DNA of 64,000 bases, taken from Nannocystales bacterium (GTDB lineage Bacteria > Myxococcota_A > Polyangia > Nannocystales > Nannocystaceae). The stretch covers positions 63,408 to 127,407 of the forward strand of contig JBOEGF010000042.1 in the NCBI GenBank assembly GCA_050633305.1. Direction: 5' to 3'. A model generated the notes under the pieces. The model worked only from the letters and a program-made list of their open reading frames with translations. It had not been told where the DNA came from and searched no databases. Below, piece after piece: positions 9,758 to 18,229 of this stretch. Each line of letters begins with the position of its first letter. Positions within the stretch are counted from its first letter, which is position 1. The position numbers and the translations under genes are program-made.

Positions 9758-11023
9758 TCACCATCCCTCTAGCACTGCCGGCGCATAGGCCTGAAGCAAC
9801 CCGTCCAACTCGAAGCGGTCGTTGCTCGCGAAGACGATCGTCAGATCGCCAGACTCGGGCCGAACCGAGACGAGGGACGTGTAACCAGTCCCCGCTCCCC
9901 CGTGCCCGTACTCGGGCTCGGGCGTGTTCGCGGACGCGTAGAGCTGCAACCCTCTGCCCCAACCCCCCGATGCGTCCGGACTCTCGTCGCTTCGCGTCAT
10001 CATCTCCAGCGAGTCAGACGAGATCAGGGTCCCGTCGAAGACCCCCTCGAAGAAGACCCGGAGCTCGGCTGCCGTTGTGATGATTCCGCAGTCGGCCTGG
10101 CAACCCGAGAGCGCGGCCGCGACAGGCATGACGGGAAGCTCCGTGTCGGCGGGGAGGCCAAACGCGGTTGGGTCGAGCCATGCTGAGGGAAGGTCCTCAG
10201 GAAAACTGGGCGGCGCTACGTAGTGGGTCGAGGCCAAGCTGAGGGGCTCCACGATGCGCGCATCCAGTGCGGCCTGGAGCGTCCCTCCGGTGACCGATTC
10301 AATCACGAGCCCCAGCAGGAGGTAGCCCGTATTCGAGTAGTTGAAGACAGCTCCGGCGGGGCCAGGGTCTTCGAACGCCGCGTAGCCGATGAGTTCCTCG
10401 GTCGTGAAGACCCGGTCGGGATCCAGGAGCGCGTTCTCGAGGTATTCCGGGTTTGCAGCGTAGTCCGGGATTCCGCTGCGATGGGCCAACAGCGATTCGA
10501 TCGTCACCTCGAGCCCATACCCGGTGTCCGGGAGGTACACCGTCAACGGGGCCTCGAGGTCCACCACTCCTTCCTCAACGAGTTGGTAGACCATTGTCGC
10601 CGTATAGACCTTGGAGACGCTGGCGATGTTGAACAAGCTATCCTCGGACAGCAGCTCCCCCTCCGCGTTCTGCGTACCCGCGACGGCGTGGGACATGACG
10701 CCGTCTCGAACGAGCAAGACGATCACACCGCCGCTGAGCCCCGCCGGAACCGCCGCATCGACGCGCATCTGCAGCGAGTCGTCGCCCGCCGTGGAACCCC
10801 CCGTCGATCCGTTCGAGGATGACGCTTCGACACCTTGCCCGGTGTCCTCCGAACCCGGCATGTCCGCCATCGCGCCGCTCTGCGAGCACGCCGAGACCCC
10901 CAGCAGCACCAACGCCGCGCCCAGCGTCCGGGCTTGCGGCCACCATCGGTCCAAGGTTGATCTCGAAGGTCGAGATACGTCATGGCCGAGCCAATCGAAT
11001 CTTCTGGTGAACACAAAGGGCAA
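9758..11023 (-). CDS. Serine hydrolase (beta-lactamase/D-Ala-D-Ala carboxypeptidase family) lipoprotein
   Basis: SVSK (SxxK), YSN, HGG motifs; LGVSAC lipobox; true start may lie downstream of 11023. Confidence 0.88.
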   Translation of the reverse strand: MPFVFTRRFDWLGHDVSRPSRSTLDRWWPQARTLGAALVLLGVSACSQSGAMADMPGSEDTGQGVEASSSNGSTGGSTAGDDSLQMRVDAAVPAGLSGGVIVLLVRDGVMSHAVAGTQNAEGELLSEDSLFNIASVSKVYTATMVYQLVEEGVVDLEAPLTVYLPDTGYGLEVTIESLLAHRSGIPDYAANPEYLENALLDPDRVFTTEELIGYAAFEDPGPAGAVFNYSNTGYLLLGLVIESVTGGTLQAALDARIVEPLSLASTHYVAPPSFPEDLPSAWLDPTAFGLPADTELPVMPVAAALSGCQADCGIITTAAELRVFFEGVFDGTLISSDSLEMMTRSDESPDASGGWGRGLQLYASANTPEPEYGHGGAGTGYTSLVSVRPESGDLTIVFASNDRFELDGLLQAYAPAVLEGW

Positions 11024-11089
11024 GACACCCGGCGACGACTCGACGGCTCACACCGTGAGCCTCTCGAGGCCGAACGTGGCAGCGACGAC

Positions 11090-11983
11090 TCACTGCGGAA
11101 CCACGACCAACCGCCGGGCCAGCGGCGCATATCCACCCTCGGGATGACGCCGCAAGTAGTCTCGAGCTGCCTGCCTGGCGTCCGCGGTTTCCCCTCGCTG
11201 GACGAGGTCCCGAAGAATCCGCCCCCGCGCCTGCTCGACGAACTCGCCCCGCGGAAACTCCCGAACGTAACGTGCAAACCAGCGAGCCGCCGCATCGTCA
11301 TCCGAACCCAATTCCGCTTCAACACGCCCGAGCAAGAACGTCGCTTGGTCCGCAAGCTTGTCCCTGGCGAACCGATCTCGGATCTCGGTCAGCGCATCCC
11401 GAGCCCGCCCCGTGCGCTTGGCAGCGCGTGCAGCCTGGGCGACCGCGAGAAGCTCCTGCGCTGTCGCAAGTCGAAGAAAGGACGACCACGCAGCCTCGTT
11501 CATCCCAGCCAAGGCTGCGGCGACCTTTCCATCGTGAATCTGGGTCCGCCACGAAGGCACCACACGACCTCGTCGCCGGGGCGGTTTCGGCGGCGCGCGA
11601 TCGACGAGCGGACTTGGTGCCCCCTCAGGGAGAGCCTCTCCCGGGTCCGGAGGTCGGTCGAGCGGGCGGGGGTCGGGCGTCCCCTGCGAACGAGTCTCTG
11701 CCGAGGACGTGCGCGCGACTCTCTCCTCCGCCGACGGTTCGGCGTAGTTCACCGCCGCCGTAGCCGGGGACGCCCGCGAGGATCGGGACGCCGACTCAGG
11801 TGTCCAGAACACACCGGCCACCACAGCAGCCAATCCGGCGACGCCTGCGAACGTCCAGCGACGAATCCTCTGCGCGCGGAGCTTCGTCATCACTGCCGCA
11901 TACTGAGCGTCGGCGCGGTCCTCGAACTGCGCGTCCTCAACCTGGGCCAACTCCCGCAGCCACTGTCCGGTCGAGTCGCTCAT
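11090..11983 (-). CDS. Putative anti-sigma factor: single TM, Pro-rich linker, C-terminal TPR
   Basis: ATGA overlap with sigma stop; TM FAGVAGLAAVVAGVFW; AARDYLRRHPEG TPR-like end. Confidence 0.7.
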   Translation of the reverse strand: MSDSTGQWLRELAQVEDAQFEDRADAQYAAVMTKLRAQRIRRWTFAGVAGLAAVVAGVFWTPESASRSSRASPATAAVNYAEPSAEERVARTSSAETRSQGTPDPRPLDRPPDPGEALPEGAPSPLVDRAPPKPPRRRGRVVPSWRTQIHDGKVAAALAGMNEAAWSSFLRLATAQELLAVAQAARAAKRTGRARDALTEIRDRFARDKLADQATFLLGRVEAELGSDDDAAARWFARYVREFPRGEFVEQARGRILRDLVQRGETADARQAARDYLRRHPEGGYAPLARRLVVVPQ

Positions 11984-12585
11984 GAGCCGCTCCCGCGTCG
12001 CCCGAGCTGTTCCCGCAGGTCGGGGTCTTCGGCAAGCAGGTTCTCGAGTTCCGCCTCCGCTCGCTGAACGCGTCGTTTGACCGTCGCACGCGAGCACTTG
12101 CACAGCGCCGCGACTTCATCGATCGAGCGCCCCTGCACCCTGCGCAGGATCAATGCGATGCGATTGGCGGGGGCGATACGCCCGAGCACGCGATACCCCC
12201 GTTGCACGAGGTCGCGCGCCACCAAGACCGGCTCCGTTCGCACCACCTCGTCGGGCGGAGCCGGATGCAGCTCTACGATTCGGCGGACCCGTCGGCGACG
12301 GAGGTGATTCCGCACCACGTTGACCGCGACACTATGAACCCACGCGCGCTCACGCTCAGGATCGCGCAACGAGCTCGCCCGCGAGAGGACCCGAACGAAC
12401 ACATCCTGAACGATGTCGTCGTGCTCAGCATCGGGACCCAGCAGTTGGTACACGAGTTGGTTGACGCCGCGCTGGTGCCGCACGAACAACGCGTGGCCGG
12501 TCGTGGGTGCTGATGTATCGTTCGAAGACTCGGCCACTGCCAACCCACGGGCGATCCCGGACAGAACTGCGCCGTCCATACTCAT
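11980..12585 (-). CDS. ECF RNA polymerase sigma factor
   Basis: DDIVQDVF and WVHSVAVN (sigma region 2); SIDEVAALCKCSRATVKRR (region 4). Confidence 0.92.
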   Translation of the reverse strand: MSMDGAVLSGIARGLAVAESSNDTSAPTTGHALFVRHQRGVNQLVYQLLGPDAEHDDIVQDVFVRVLSRASSLRDPERERAWVHSVAVNVVRNHLRRRRVRRIVELHPAPPDEVVRTEPVLVARDLVQRGYRVLGRIAPANRIALILRRVQGRSIDEVAALCKCSRATVKRRVQRAEAELENLLAEDPDLREQLGRRGSGS

Positions 12586-12729
12586 CGATGTTCGGAGCGA
12601 TGGGGGGACGAGGGGGGCACGGCCGTCGCAAGTCGGGGCACGGTATCAAAGACACCCGAGCGGTCGAGAACAGCTCACCCGCGACAGAAGTGAGCCACGA
12701 GCACCCGGCCGCGCATCTACAGCCAGTAC

Positions 12730-13899
12730 ATGAGTTCCTTCGTCAACCTCGAGAGCCGTCCCCGCTTCGGCCGAGCGCTCGCTGCGGGGTCGAGACTTGG
12801 AATTCGGACCGCGGTGTGCGCCTTGTGTTGGGTGTCCAGCTCCGCGCTCGCTCACCCCCCTGAAGCCAAGGACACGGCCGCCGAGACAAGAACACGGGAA
12901 GCCATCCGGGTCCACACCATGCGGCAAGGAGCTTGGCAGGATGCCGTCACCTCCATCGAGTTCGAGCTCGAGCAAGCCGGGTATGCAGTCTCTCGCAGCG
13001 CCGAGACACCCGCCTCCACGACGCTCACCGTCCAGTACGAAGGAGATCAGGGTTGGGTACTTCACCTCGAAGACTCGGTTCGCGGTCTTCGCCTCGAGGC
13101 ACGCGGAAGTCGGGGCGCATCGGCACAAGTCGTGGGCCTGCACGCGGTCGAGATGATTCACGCGTCTCGGCTCGATCTCCCGAAGCCTGCTCGTCGCGCG
13201 CCCGACCCCGCCCCGGTCGTTCGGCTCGAGCCACGCCAGCCCCCACCCTCCGCCGACCCCCTCGAGCCGGCACCCCCTCCTCCCGATTCCACGAACTGGG
13301 CGCTGGAGATTGGTGTCAGCTCGTCCAACGTGGGACTGCTCGGACCTCGTCTTGGGGTCGTACATCGATGGACCCGCGCCGAGCTTGGATTTGCGGCGGG
13401 CGCGGGCTTCTTCTCCAACAAGCAACAGGTCGGCGCTCCGGCGGGGCTGGGAACCCTCCACCGCCCCACCGACCTCGGGCCCGCGTGGACCTCCCATCGC
13501 ACAATCGCCGTTCTGCGCTCCGGGCTCGCGGCGGCGTACGTCTTTCGACCCGGCCGAGAGCTCCGCCCTTCACTCGGGGTGTCCAGTGAGGTCGTTGTTC
13601 CGTTGGTCGACACAGGCTTCTTCCAACAAGAGCCCTTCCAGAGTCTGACTCAACTCGACTACGGCGTCGCGTGGGTGCCCGCCCTCGAGGTTGGGGCACG
13701 GCTCGCGCTCAGCCCCAAACTCGCGCTCCGCGGAGCGATTCGCGTTGGCCCGGCGCTACCCTTCAAGGACATCTCGATCGTCAAGTCCTCGCAGGCGATC
13801 ACATTCCCTCGTGGGGTCGCCACAGCGAACCTCAGTCTGCTGTTCGGTCGGAGTGCGGACGCAAAACCGCGGACTCGTCGGTCAACCCCGACACGATGA
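12730..13899 (+). CDS. Exported protein, Pro-rich linker, beta-strand-rich C-terminus (possible outer-membrane barrel)
   Basis: Signal peptide ...SSSALA|HPP; alternating hydrophobic strands in the C-terminal half. Confidence 0.6.
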   Translation: MSSFVNLESRPRFGRALAAGSRLGIRTAVCALCWVSSSALAHPPEAKDTAAETRTREAIRVHTMRQGAWQDAVTSIEFELEQAGYAVSRSAETPASTTLTVQYEGDQGWVLHLEDSVRGLRLEARGSRGASAQVVGLHAVEMIHASRLDLPKPARRAPDPAPVVRLEPRQPPPSADPLEPAPPPPDSTNWALEIGVSSSNVGLLGPRLGVVHRWTRAELGFAAGAGFFSNKQQVGAPAGLGTLHRPTDLGPAWTSHRTIAVLRSGLAAAYVFRPGRELRPSLGVSSEVVVPLVDTGFFQQEPFQSLTQLDYGVAWVPALEVGARLALSPKLALRGAIRVGPALPFKDISIVKSSQAITFPRGVATANLSLLFGRSADAKPRTRRSTPTR

Positions 13900-14030
13900 G
13901 GGGCCAGAGATGGGCCGCGTTCCCAGCCGCTCCTGGCCGGCTCATGGACCCTGTCCGTCGACCACCCGGCGGTGTCCCGCGTCGGTCGCACCACTGCTGT
14001 CCGGGGGATCTCCCGTCCAACCTGAATTTT

Positions 14031-14077
14031 TACCCGGTATTTATTGACTTTTAATACCCGGGTATTATTAACCGGGC
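14031..14077 (+). promoter_or_regulatory. Promoter with palindromic operator upstream of the DUF2239 gene
   Basis: TTGACT at 14044-49; perfect palindrome TAATACCCGGGTATTA at 14052-67; related boxes TACCCGGTA (14031) and AACCGGGCA (14070). Confidence 0.7.
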
Positions 14078-14671
14078 ATGAGTTCGACCTACGTCGCATT
14101 CGTGGGCACGCGCCGGTTCTCCCGCGGCCCGCTCGAGGAGGTGGTTCCGGCTGCCAAGCGCCGGTTTGAGCTGGGCGTCGAGGACCGAATCGTCGTCTTC
14201 GACGAGCAAACAGGGTGCCCTGTCGACCTCAACTTCGACCACGACGACGAGCAACTGCTCGCCAGCGTGAAAGCCAGGCTCGAACCGGCCTCCCCCACGC
14301 CTCCGCCCAAGACCCCACGTGGGCGCGGCCGCCCCAAACTCGGCGTGGTCTCGCGCGAGGTCTCCTTGCTTCCACGGCACTGGGAATGGCTGGCGAAGCA
14401 GCGCGGGGGAGCATCCGCGTCGTTGCGCCGTCTGGTCGAGGTCGCCCGCAAGGAAGGACGACAGGAGGAGCACGTGAGTCGTGCAATCGAGCGCGCCCAT
14501 CGTTTCCTGTGGGACATGGCCGGAGACCTCCCCGGGTTCGAGGACGCCACCCGAGCACTGTTCGCGCGAGAATTCGAAACGTTCGACCGCCGCATCTCGC
14601 GGTGGCCGATCGGCGTCCGAGAGTTGCTCGAACGCATGCTCGCCGACGCCCGTCCACCGGGCGACACCTAA
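14078..14671 (+). CDS. DUF2239 family protein
   Basis: RGRGRPKLGVVSREVSLLPRHWEWL..Q.GGASASLRRLVE and AGDLPGFEDATRALFA signature. Confidence 0.9.
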   Translation: MSSTYVAFVGTRRFSRGPLEEVVPAAKRRFELGVEDRIVVFDEQTGCPVDLNFDHDDEQLLASVKARLEPASPTPPPKTPRGRGRPKLGVVSREVSLLPRHWEWLAKQRGGASASLRRLVEVARKEGRQEEHVSRAIERAHRFLWDMAGDLPGFEDATRALFAREFETFDRRISRWPIGVRELLERMLADARPPGDT

Positions 14672-14810
14672 CCAGCCCTGCAACACCGACTCGATGTCTC
14701 TTCGGGTCGGCAACAACGTCACCACCGACCCTGCGCGCTCTCGCGTACGGATGGCTGCGCCGTTTCGGCGCTCCCCCGTGGCGCCGAGTTGGCTTCGCGG
14801 ATCCTTGATC

Positions 14811-16220
14811 ATGAACATGCAAGTTCCCCCTCCCCCATCGCGTTTGTTTCAAAACCTATCCCGTGAACACGGCTTCGAAGCGGTACCCGTCCAGGGACAG
14901 CTCCCCGATCGCCTACGCGGGACGCTGTACAGAAACGGCGCGGGCCTGTTCGAACAGTTTGGGCATCGCTACGCCCACGTCTTCGAAGCCGACGGAGCCG
15001 TCTCTGCGCTCCGCATTGCGGACGGACAAGCGCATGCCGCAGTGCGTGTCGTCCAGAGCCAGGGGTTGCTCGATGAACGCGAGCGTGGACAGCGGCTGTC
15101 GGGTTCCGCGGCGTCGTGGCCACAACGGGTGCGAAGCCTCCATCGCGGGCGCAACAAGAACACCGCCAACACCCATGTCGTGCCGTGGCAAGGAGAACTC
15201 TACGCGCTGATGGAAGGAGGCCGTCCAACGCGCATCGACCCCGACACCCTCGAGACTCTCGGCGAAAGCGACCTCGCAGGAACCGTAGAAGGGGCATTCT
15301 CGGCTCATCCTCACCGCGTGGAGGCGCGGAAGACCACCTACAACTTCGGCCTGGTCTTCGGCGCCAAGCCCCGGCTCGACCTCTTCGCATTGCCCGATGA
15401 GGGGCCCGCTCGCGTGCTGGGAAGCGTGGAGCTGGACCACGCGGTGATGCTGCACGACTTCATCGCGACCCCCCGCCACTTGGTGTTCTTCGTCGCCCCG
15501 ATCCGCATCGTGGTGTGGCGAATGCTTCTGGGGTTGGGGAACATCACCGACAACCTTCGTTGGCAGCCTGAAGCGGGAACCGAGGTGATTGTGGTGCCCA
15601 TCGACGACCCCGACAATCCAATCCGGTTCCAGGTCGAAGCGTTTGCGTGTTTCCACTTCGCTGGGGCGTTCGACACCAGCGACGGAATCACCGTCGACTA
15701 CATCCGCTACCCCGACAGCGGCATGTTGGATGCCCTGGGGGACGGTACGCGACTGACCTGGGATGATCGAAGCACGCACGCCCACGGGTCACTGCATCGC
15801 GCGCGCATCGACGTGCGAGCCAAAGCATTCCAATCGGAAGCGCTGTGGGACGGCCAATGCGAGTACCCCCGGTTGGCTCCCCACGAAGAAGGTGCCCAGC
15901 ACGGGCGGGTTTGGATGCAGTCCTCGCGCTACGTCGACAACGTCTTGCGGTTTGCCGTGAGCCGCGTCGACATGGACAACGGCCATGCGCAGCTCTCCCA
16001 CGCCCTCTTGGACCCGGGCCAACTCAGCTCCGAGACCGTCTTCGCGCAGGACCCCGGCGGGGCTCCCGGTGCAGGCTGGCTACTCACCCTCGTCTACGAC
16101 AGCTTCGATCAGCGCAGCCACGTGTTGATCCACGACGCACAGACCCTCGAACGGCAAGCAAGGGTTCAGCTGAAGCAAGCCATCCCGCTGACGTTTCACG
16201 GCAGCTGGGTACCGGCGTGA
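14811..16220 (+). CDS. Carotenoid oxygenase (RPE65/CCD) family dioxygenase
   Basis: LRGTLYRNG, NTANT, and four Fe-binding His: FSAHP, MLHDF, CFHF, TFHG. Confidence 0.93.
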   Translation: MNMQVPPPPSRLFQNLSREHGFEAVPVQGQLPDRLRGTLYRNGAGLFEQFGHRYAHVFEADGAVSALRIADGQAHAAVRVVQSQGLLDERERGQRLSGSAASWPQRVRSLHRGRNKNTANTHVVPWQGELYALMEGGRPTRIDPDTLETLGESDLAGTVEGAFSAHPHRVEARKTTYNFGLVFGAKPRLDLFALPDEGPARVLGSVELDHAVMLHDFIATPRHLVFFVAPIRIVVWRMLLGLGNITDNLRWQPEAGTEVIVVPIDDPDNPIRFQVEAFACFHFAGAFDTSDGITVDYIRYPDSGMLDALGDGTRLTWDDRSTHAHGSLHRARIDVRAKAFQSEALWDGQCEYPRLAPHEEGAQHGRVWMQSSRYVDNVLRFAVSRVDMDNGHAQLSHALLDPGQLSSETVFAQDPGGAPGAGWLLTLVYDSFDQRSHVLIHDAQTLERQARVQLKQAIPLTFHGSWVPA

Positions 16221-16224
16221 ACGT

Positions 16225-16403
16225 CCGAAGCCGCCAGGCATCCCCCGCATCCCCCGAGCCCCGGGTCGGAACACGCAGGCGCATGTTCGCTCCGTCCGTT
16301 CATCCTCGCGCTTCGCCTGCGCGAGGAGTCGGCCGCCTTCGGGACAGGTCGACGGCGACGGCGTCCGGGTGCCACGAAGACTCGACGGATCGGGGTTGAG
16401 TCG
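16225..16403. repeat. ~170-bp direct repeat, copy 1
   Basis: Aligns with 18033-18202; 7 substitutions plus a 9-bp duplication (GCATCCCCC) in this copy. Confidence 0.95.
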
Positions 16404-16550
16404 TCGCGTCGCTGACCGAAGAGGGCTCGGGCCCGCTTCACCAAGGCTGACCGCCCCGCGCGGACCGGGGTCCGTGCAGGCCCTTGATCCGACCGCTGGA
16501 CGAGCTTGACCCGTCAGAAGAGGGGAGCGCGCGAGGTACTTTGCCTCGCG

Positions 16551-17162
16551 ATGCCAGACCGGATTCTTCGGAGGGCCGCAGCTGGGTTCTGCGCCGCCGT
16601 CTGCCTGTCCGCATGCGGGCTGGGTGGGGCTCCGGAGCCGGCGGTGGACGAACCGGCGCGGCCGGGCGTGCTCCTTGCGCCTGAGTTCTCGCGGACGTCC
16701 ACTGTGGGTCGGGCGGCTCGTTGGTTCGGAGGCGAATCAGGCTCCGAGCAAGGGGTCAATGATGCGGCAGACCGGCTCCTGGCGACGGAAGCGGCGCCGC
16801 GTCTCTTAGAGTTCGCAGACGGGATCCTGGCTGACTACCTCGGCATTGCGGCGACACTGCCGAGGGCTCCTCACAATCCTGAGCGGCTGGTGTCCGAGCC
16901 GATCCCCGGCGAGTTCCTGTCGCTCGGCGGAGGATTCAGCAAGCCCGAACTCCTGCTGAGGACCGAGGGAGAGGGGCCGCCGGCGGTCATTCTCAGCTGG
17001 GGACACATGCGTCACGGGATCATCGTTTACGCGGCGCCGCCTCGGGGCAGGCAGAACGGCCGTCACGTGCGCAAAGTCGGCAGTCGCATTTTTGTGGTCG
17101 CTCTGGAGCACGAACGGCGGCAGCCGCCAACCCGAACGCGGGCGGTCTTGGCTGCTCCCTAG
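16551..17162 (+). CDS. Hypothetical lipoprotein
   Basis: MPDRILRRAAAGFCAAVCLSAC lipobox. Confidence 0.6.
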   Translation: MPDRILRRAAAGFCAAVCLSACGLGGAPEPAVDEPARPGVLLAPEFSRTSTVGRAARWFGGESGSEQGVNDAADRLLATEAAPRLLEFADGILADYLGIAATLPRAPHNPERLVSEPIPGEFLSLGGGFSKPELLLRTEGEGPPAVILSWGHMRHGIIVYAAPPRGRQNGRHVRKVGSRIFVVALEHERRQPPTRTRAVLAAP

Positions 17163-17269
17163 TTAAGCGCCGGTGTTCGAAACTCGCTCGGGGGAGAAGA
17201 GCCGGGCGAGTTCAAACCGTGTTGCCCTTTTCCGAGGCGGTTCCAACCCGACATACCGCGGTAGGCTGG

Positions 17270-17489
17270 TGGTGCGCGGCGGTATCGGTCCAGTCCCGGC
17301 AGGCCTGTCCCGGCTGGTGGGTTGTGGCGTCGATGCGGCCCTCGCTCGGTTTGAGGATTATGACAGCGGGTGCACGTCGTTTGGTGTTGATGTAGACGGG
17401 GTCCGGCACTTCGTGAAGTCTGCAACGACACCCCGCGCGTGAGAGGGTCTACTGAGCGCCTTGCGCTTCCATGAATCGGTGGCTCACCG
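17270..17489 (+). pseudogene. N-terminal remnant of a kinase-like protein (in-frame TGA, truncated)
   Basis: FEDYDSGCTSFGVDVDGVRHFVKSATTPRA*EGLLSALRFHESVAH resembles the DSG(C/N)xSYGV...FVK N-lobe of a small Ser/Thr kinase family; start approximate. Confidence 0.55.
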
Positions 17490-17788
17490 TCGTCCCCGCG
17501 CGCTCCCGCATAGGCCATCGCAAGGACGGTTGCAATGCTCGCGGGCGAGTAGACGACGTTGCGCCCTGTTGTTCGGACCGTGTCGTGGAGCCCCGACGTC
17601 ACGCGCTTCGAGGTGCGCGAGAGCTGCACTGCAGTCCCGCGGGACACCGGATCCGGCTGGCCCCGACATCCTGCCGCGAGCATTGCGGCAACGGTGACGA
17701 AAAGGCACGGACCGCTGCGCCATGGATGTCCTCTATCGTGCTCGGAGCGTTCGTGGGAGGCCGACGGGGTTGGGGGTGGGGGAGTCAC
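17490..17788 (-). pseudogene. Truncated serpin lipoprotein (N-terminal remnant)
   Basis: LAAGC lipobox, then NVVYSPASIATVLAMAYAGARG (serpin s6B/helix B signature); homology ends abruptly near 17490. Confidence 0.75.
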
Positions 17789-17800
17789 GCCCGGCGTTGG

Positions 17801-17816
17801 TGCACGCGTCGTGCCA
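17801..17816 (-). promoter_or_regulatory. Putative sigma-54 -24/-12 promoter
   Basis: Minus strand TGGCACGACGCGTGCA; conserved C is 14 nt upstream of GTG 17788. Confidence 0.5.
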
Positions 17817-17853
17817 CGTGGGTGCTATATCCGGCGCCACGCTTCGGCGTCCG

Positions 17854-18198
17854 ATGTTCATCTTGCCGCTCCTGGTTGGCGTGGCGTGTGCGGAGAGGAC
17901 CCCGCCCCAGGTCGGCCTGCGGCGGGCCTGAACAGCAACTCCTCGTTCGGCATCGGCCGACAAGACGGCCGACGTCTGCATGCTCAAGAATGCGGCGACG
18001 CAGTGCTTCGAGTCTTGCGCCAAGGAGGCCGCCCGAAGCCGCCAGGCATCCCCCGAGCCCCGGGTCGGAACACCCAGGCGCATGTTCGCTCCGTCCGGTC
18101 ATGCTCGCGGTTCGCCTGCGCGAGGAGTCGGCCGCTTTCGGGACAGGTCGACGGCGACGGCGTTCGGGTGCCACGAAGAGTCGACGGATCGGGGTTGA
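17854..18198 (+). pseudogene. Degraded small lipoprotein-like ORF
   Basis: MFILPLLVGVAC lipobox, in-frame TGA at 17929-31, Cys-containing continuation running into repeat copy 2. Confidence 0.35.
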
Positions 18199-18202
18199 GT
18201 CG
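18033..18202. repeat. ~170-bp direct repeat, copy 2
   Basis: Near-identical to 16225-16403. Confidence 0.95.
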
Positions 18203-18229
18203 CCCGCCCTAGCCCTGGACAATCCGATC

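Noticed and set aside
14779..14794. Fourth sigma-54 promoter before the carotenoid oxygenase (TGGCGCCGAGTTGGCT)
   Set aside because: The -12 element is non-canonical (GGC) and the spacing differs (18 nt); too weak to call.
17440..17931. Selenocysteine or readthrough at in-frame TGAs (17440, 17929)
   Set aside because: Both lie in truncated remnants and I see no SECIS; nonsense mutation is the simpler explanation.
16225..18202. Integron attC sites (both repeats end in GTTGAGT; GTTAAGC at 17162)
   Set aside because: No matching RYYYAAC, no full-length palindrome, longer than typical attC, and no integrase.
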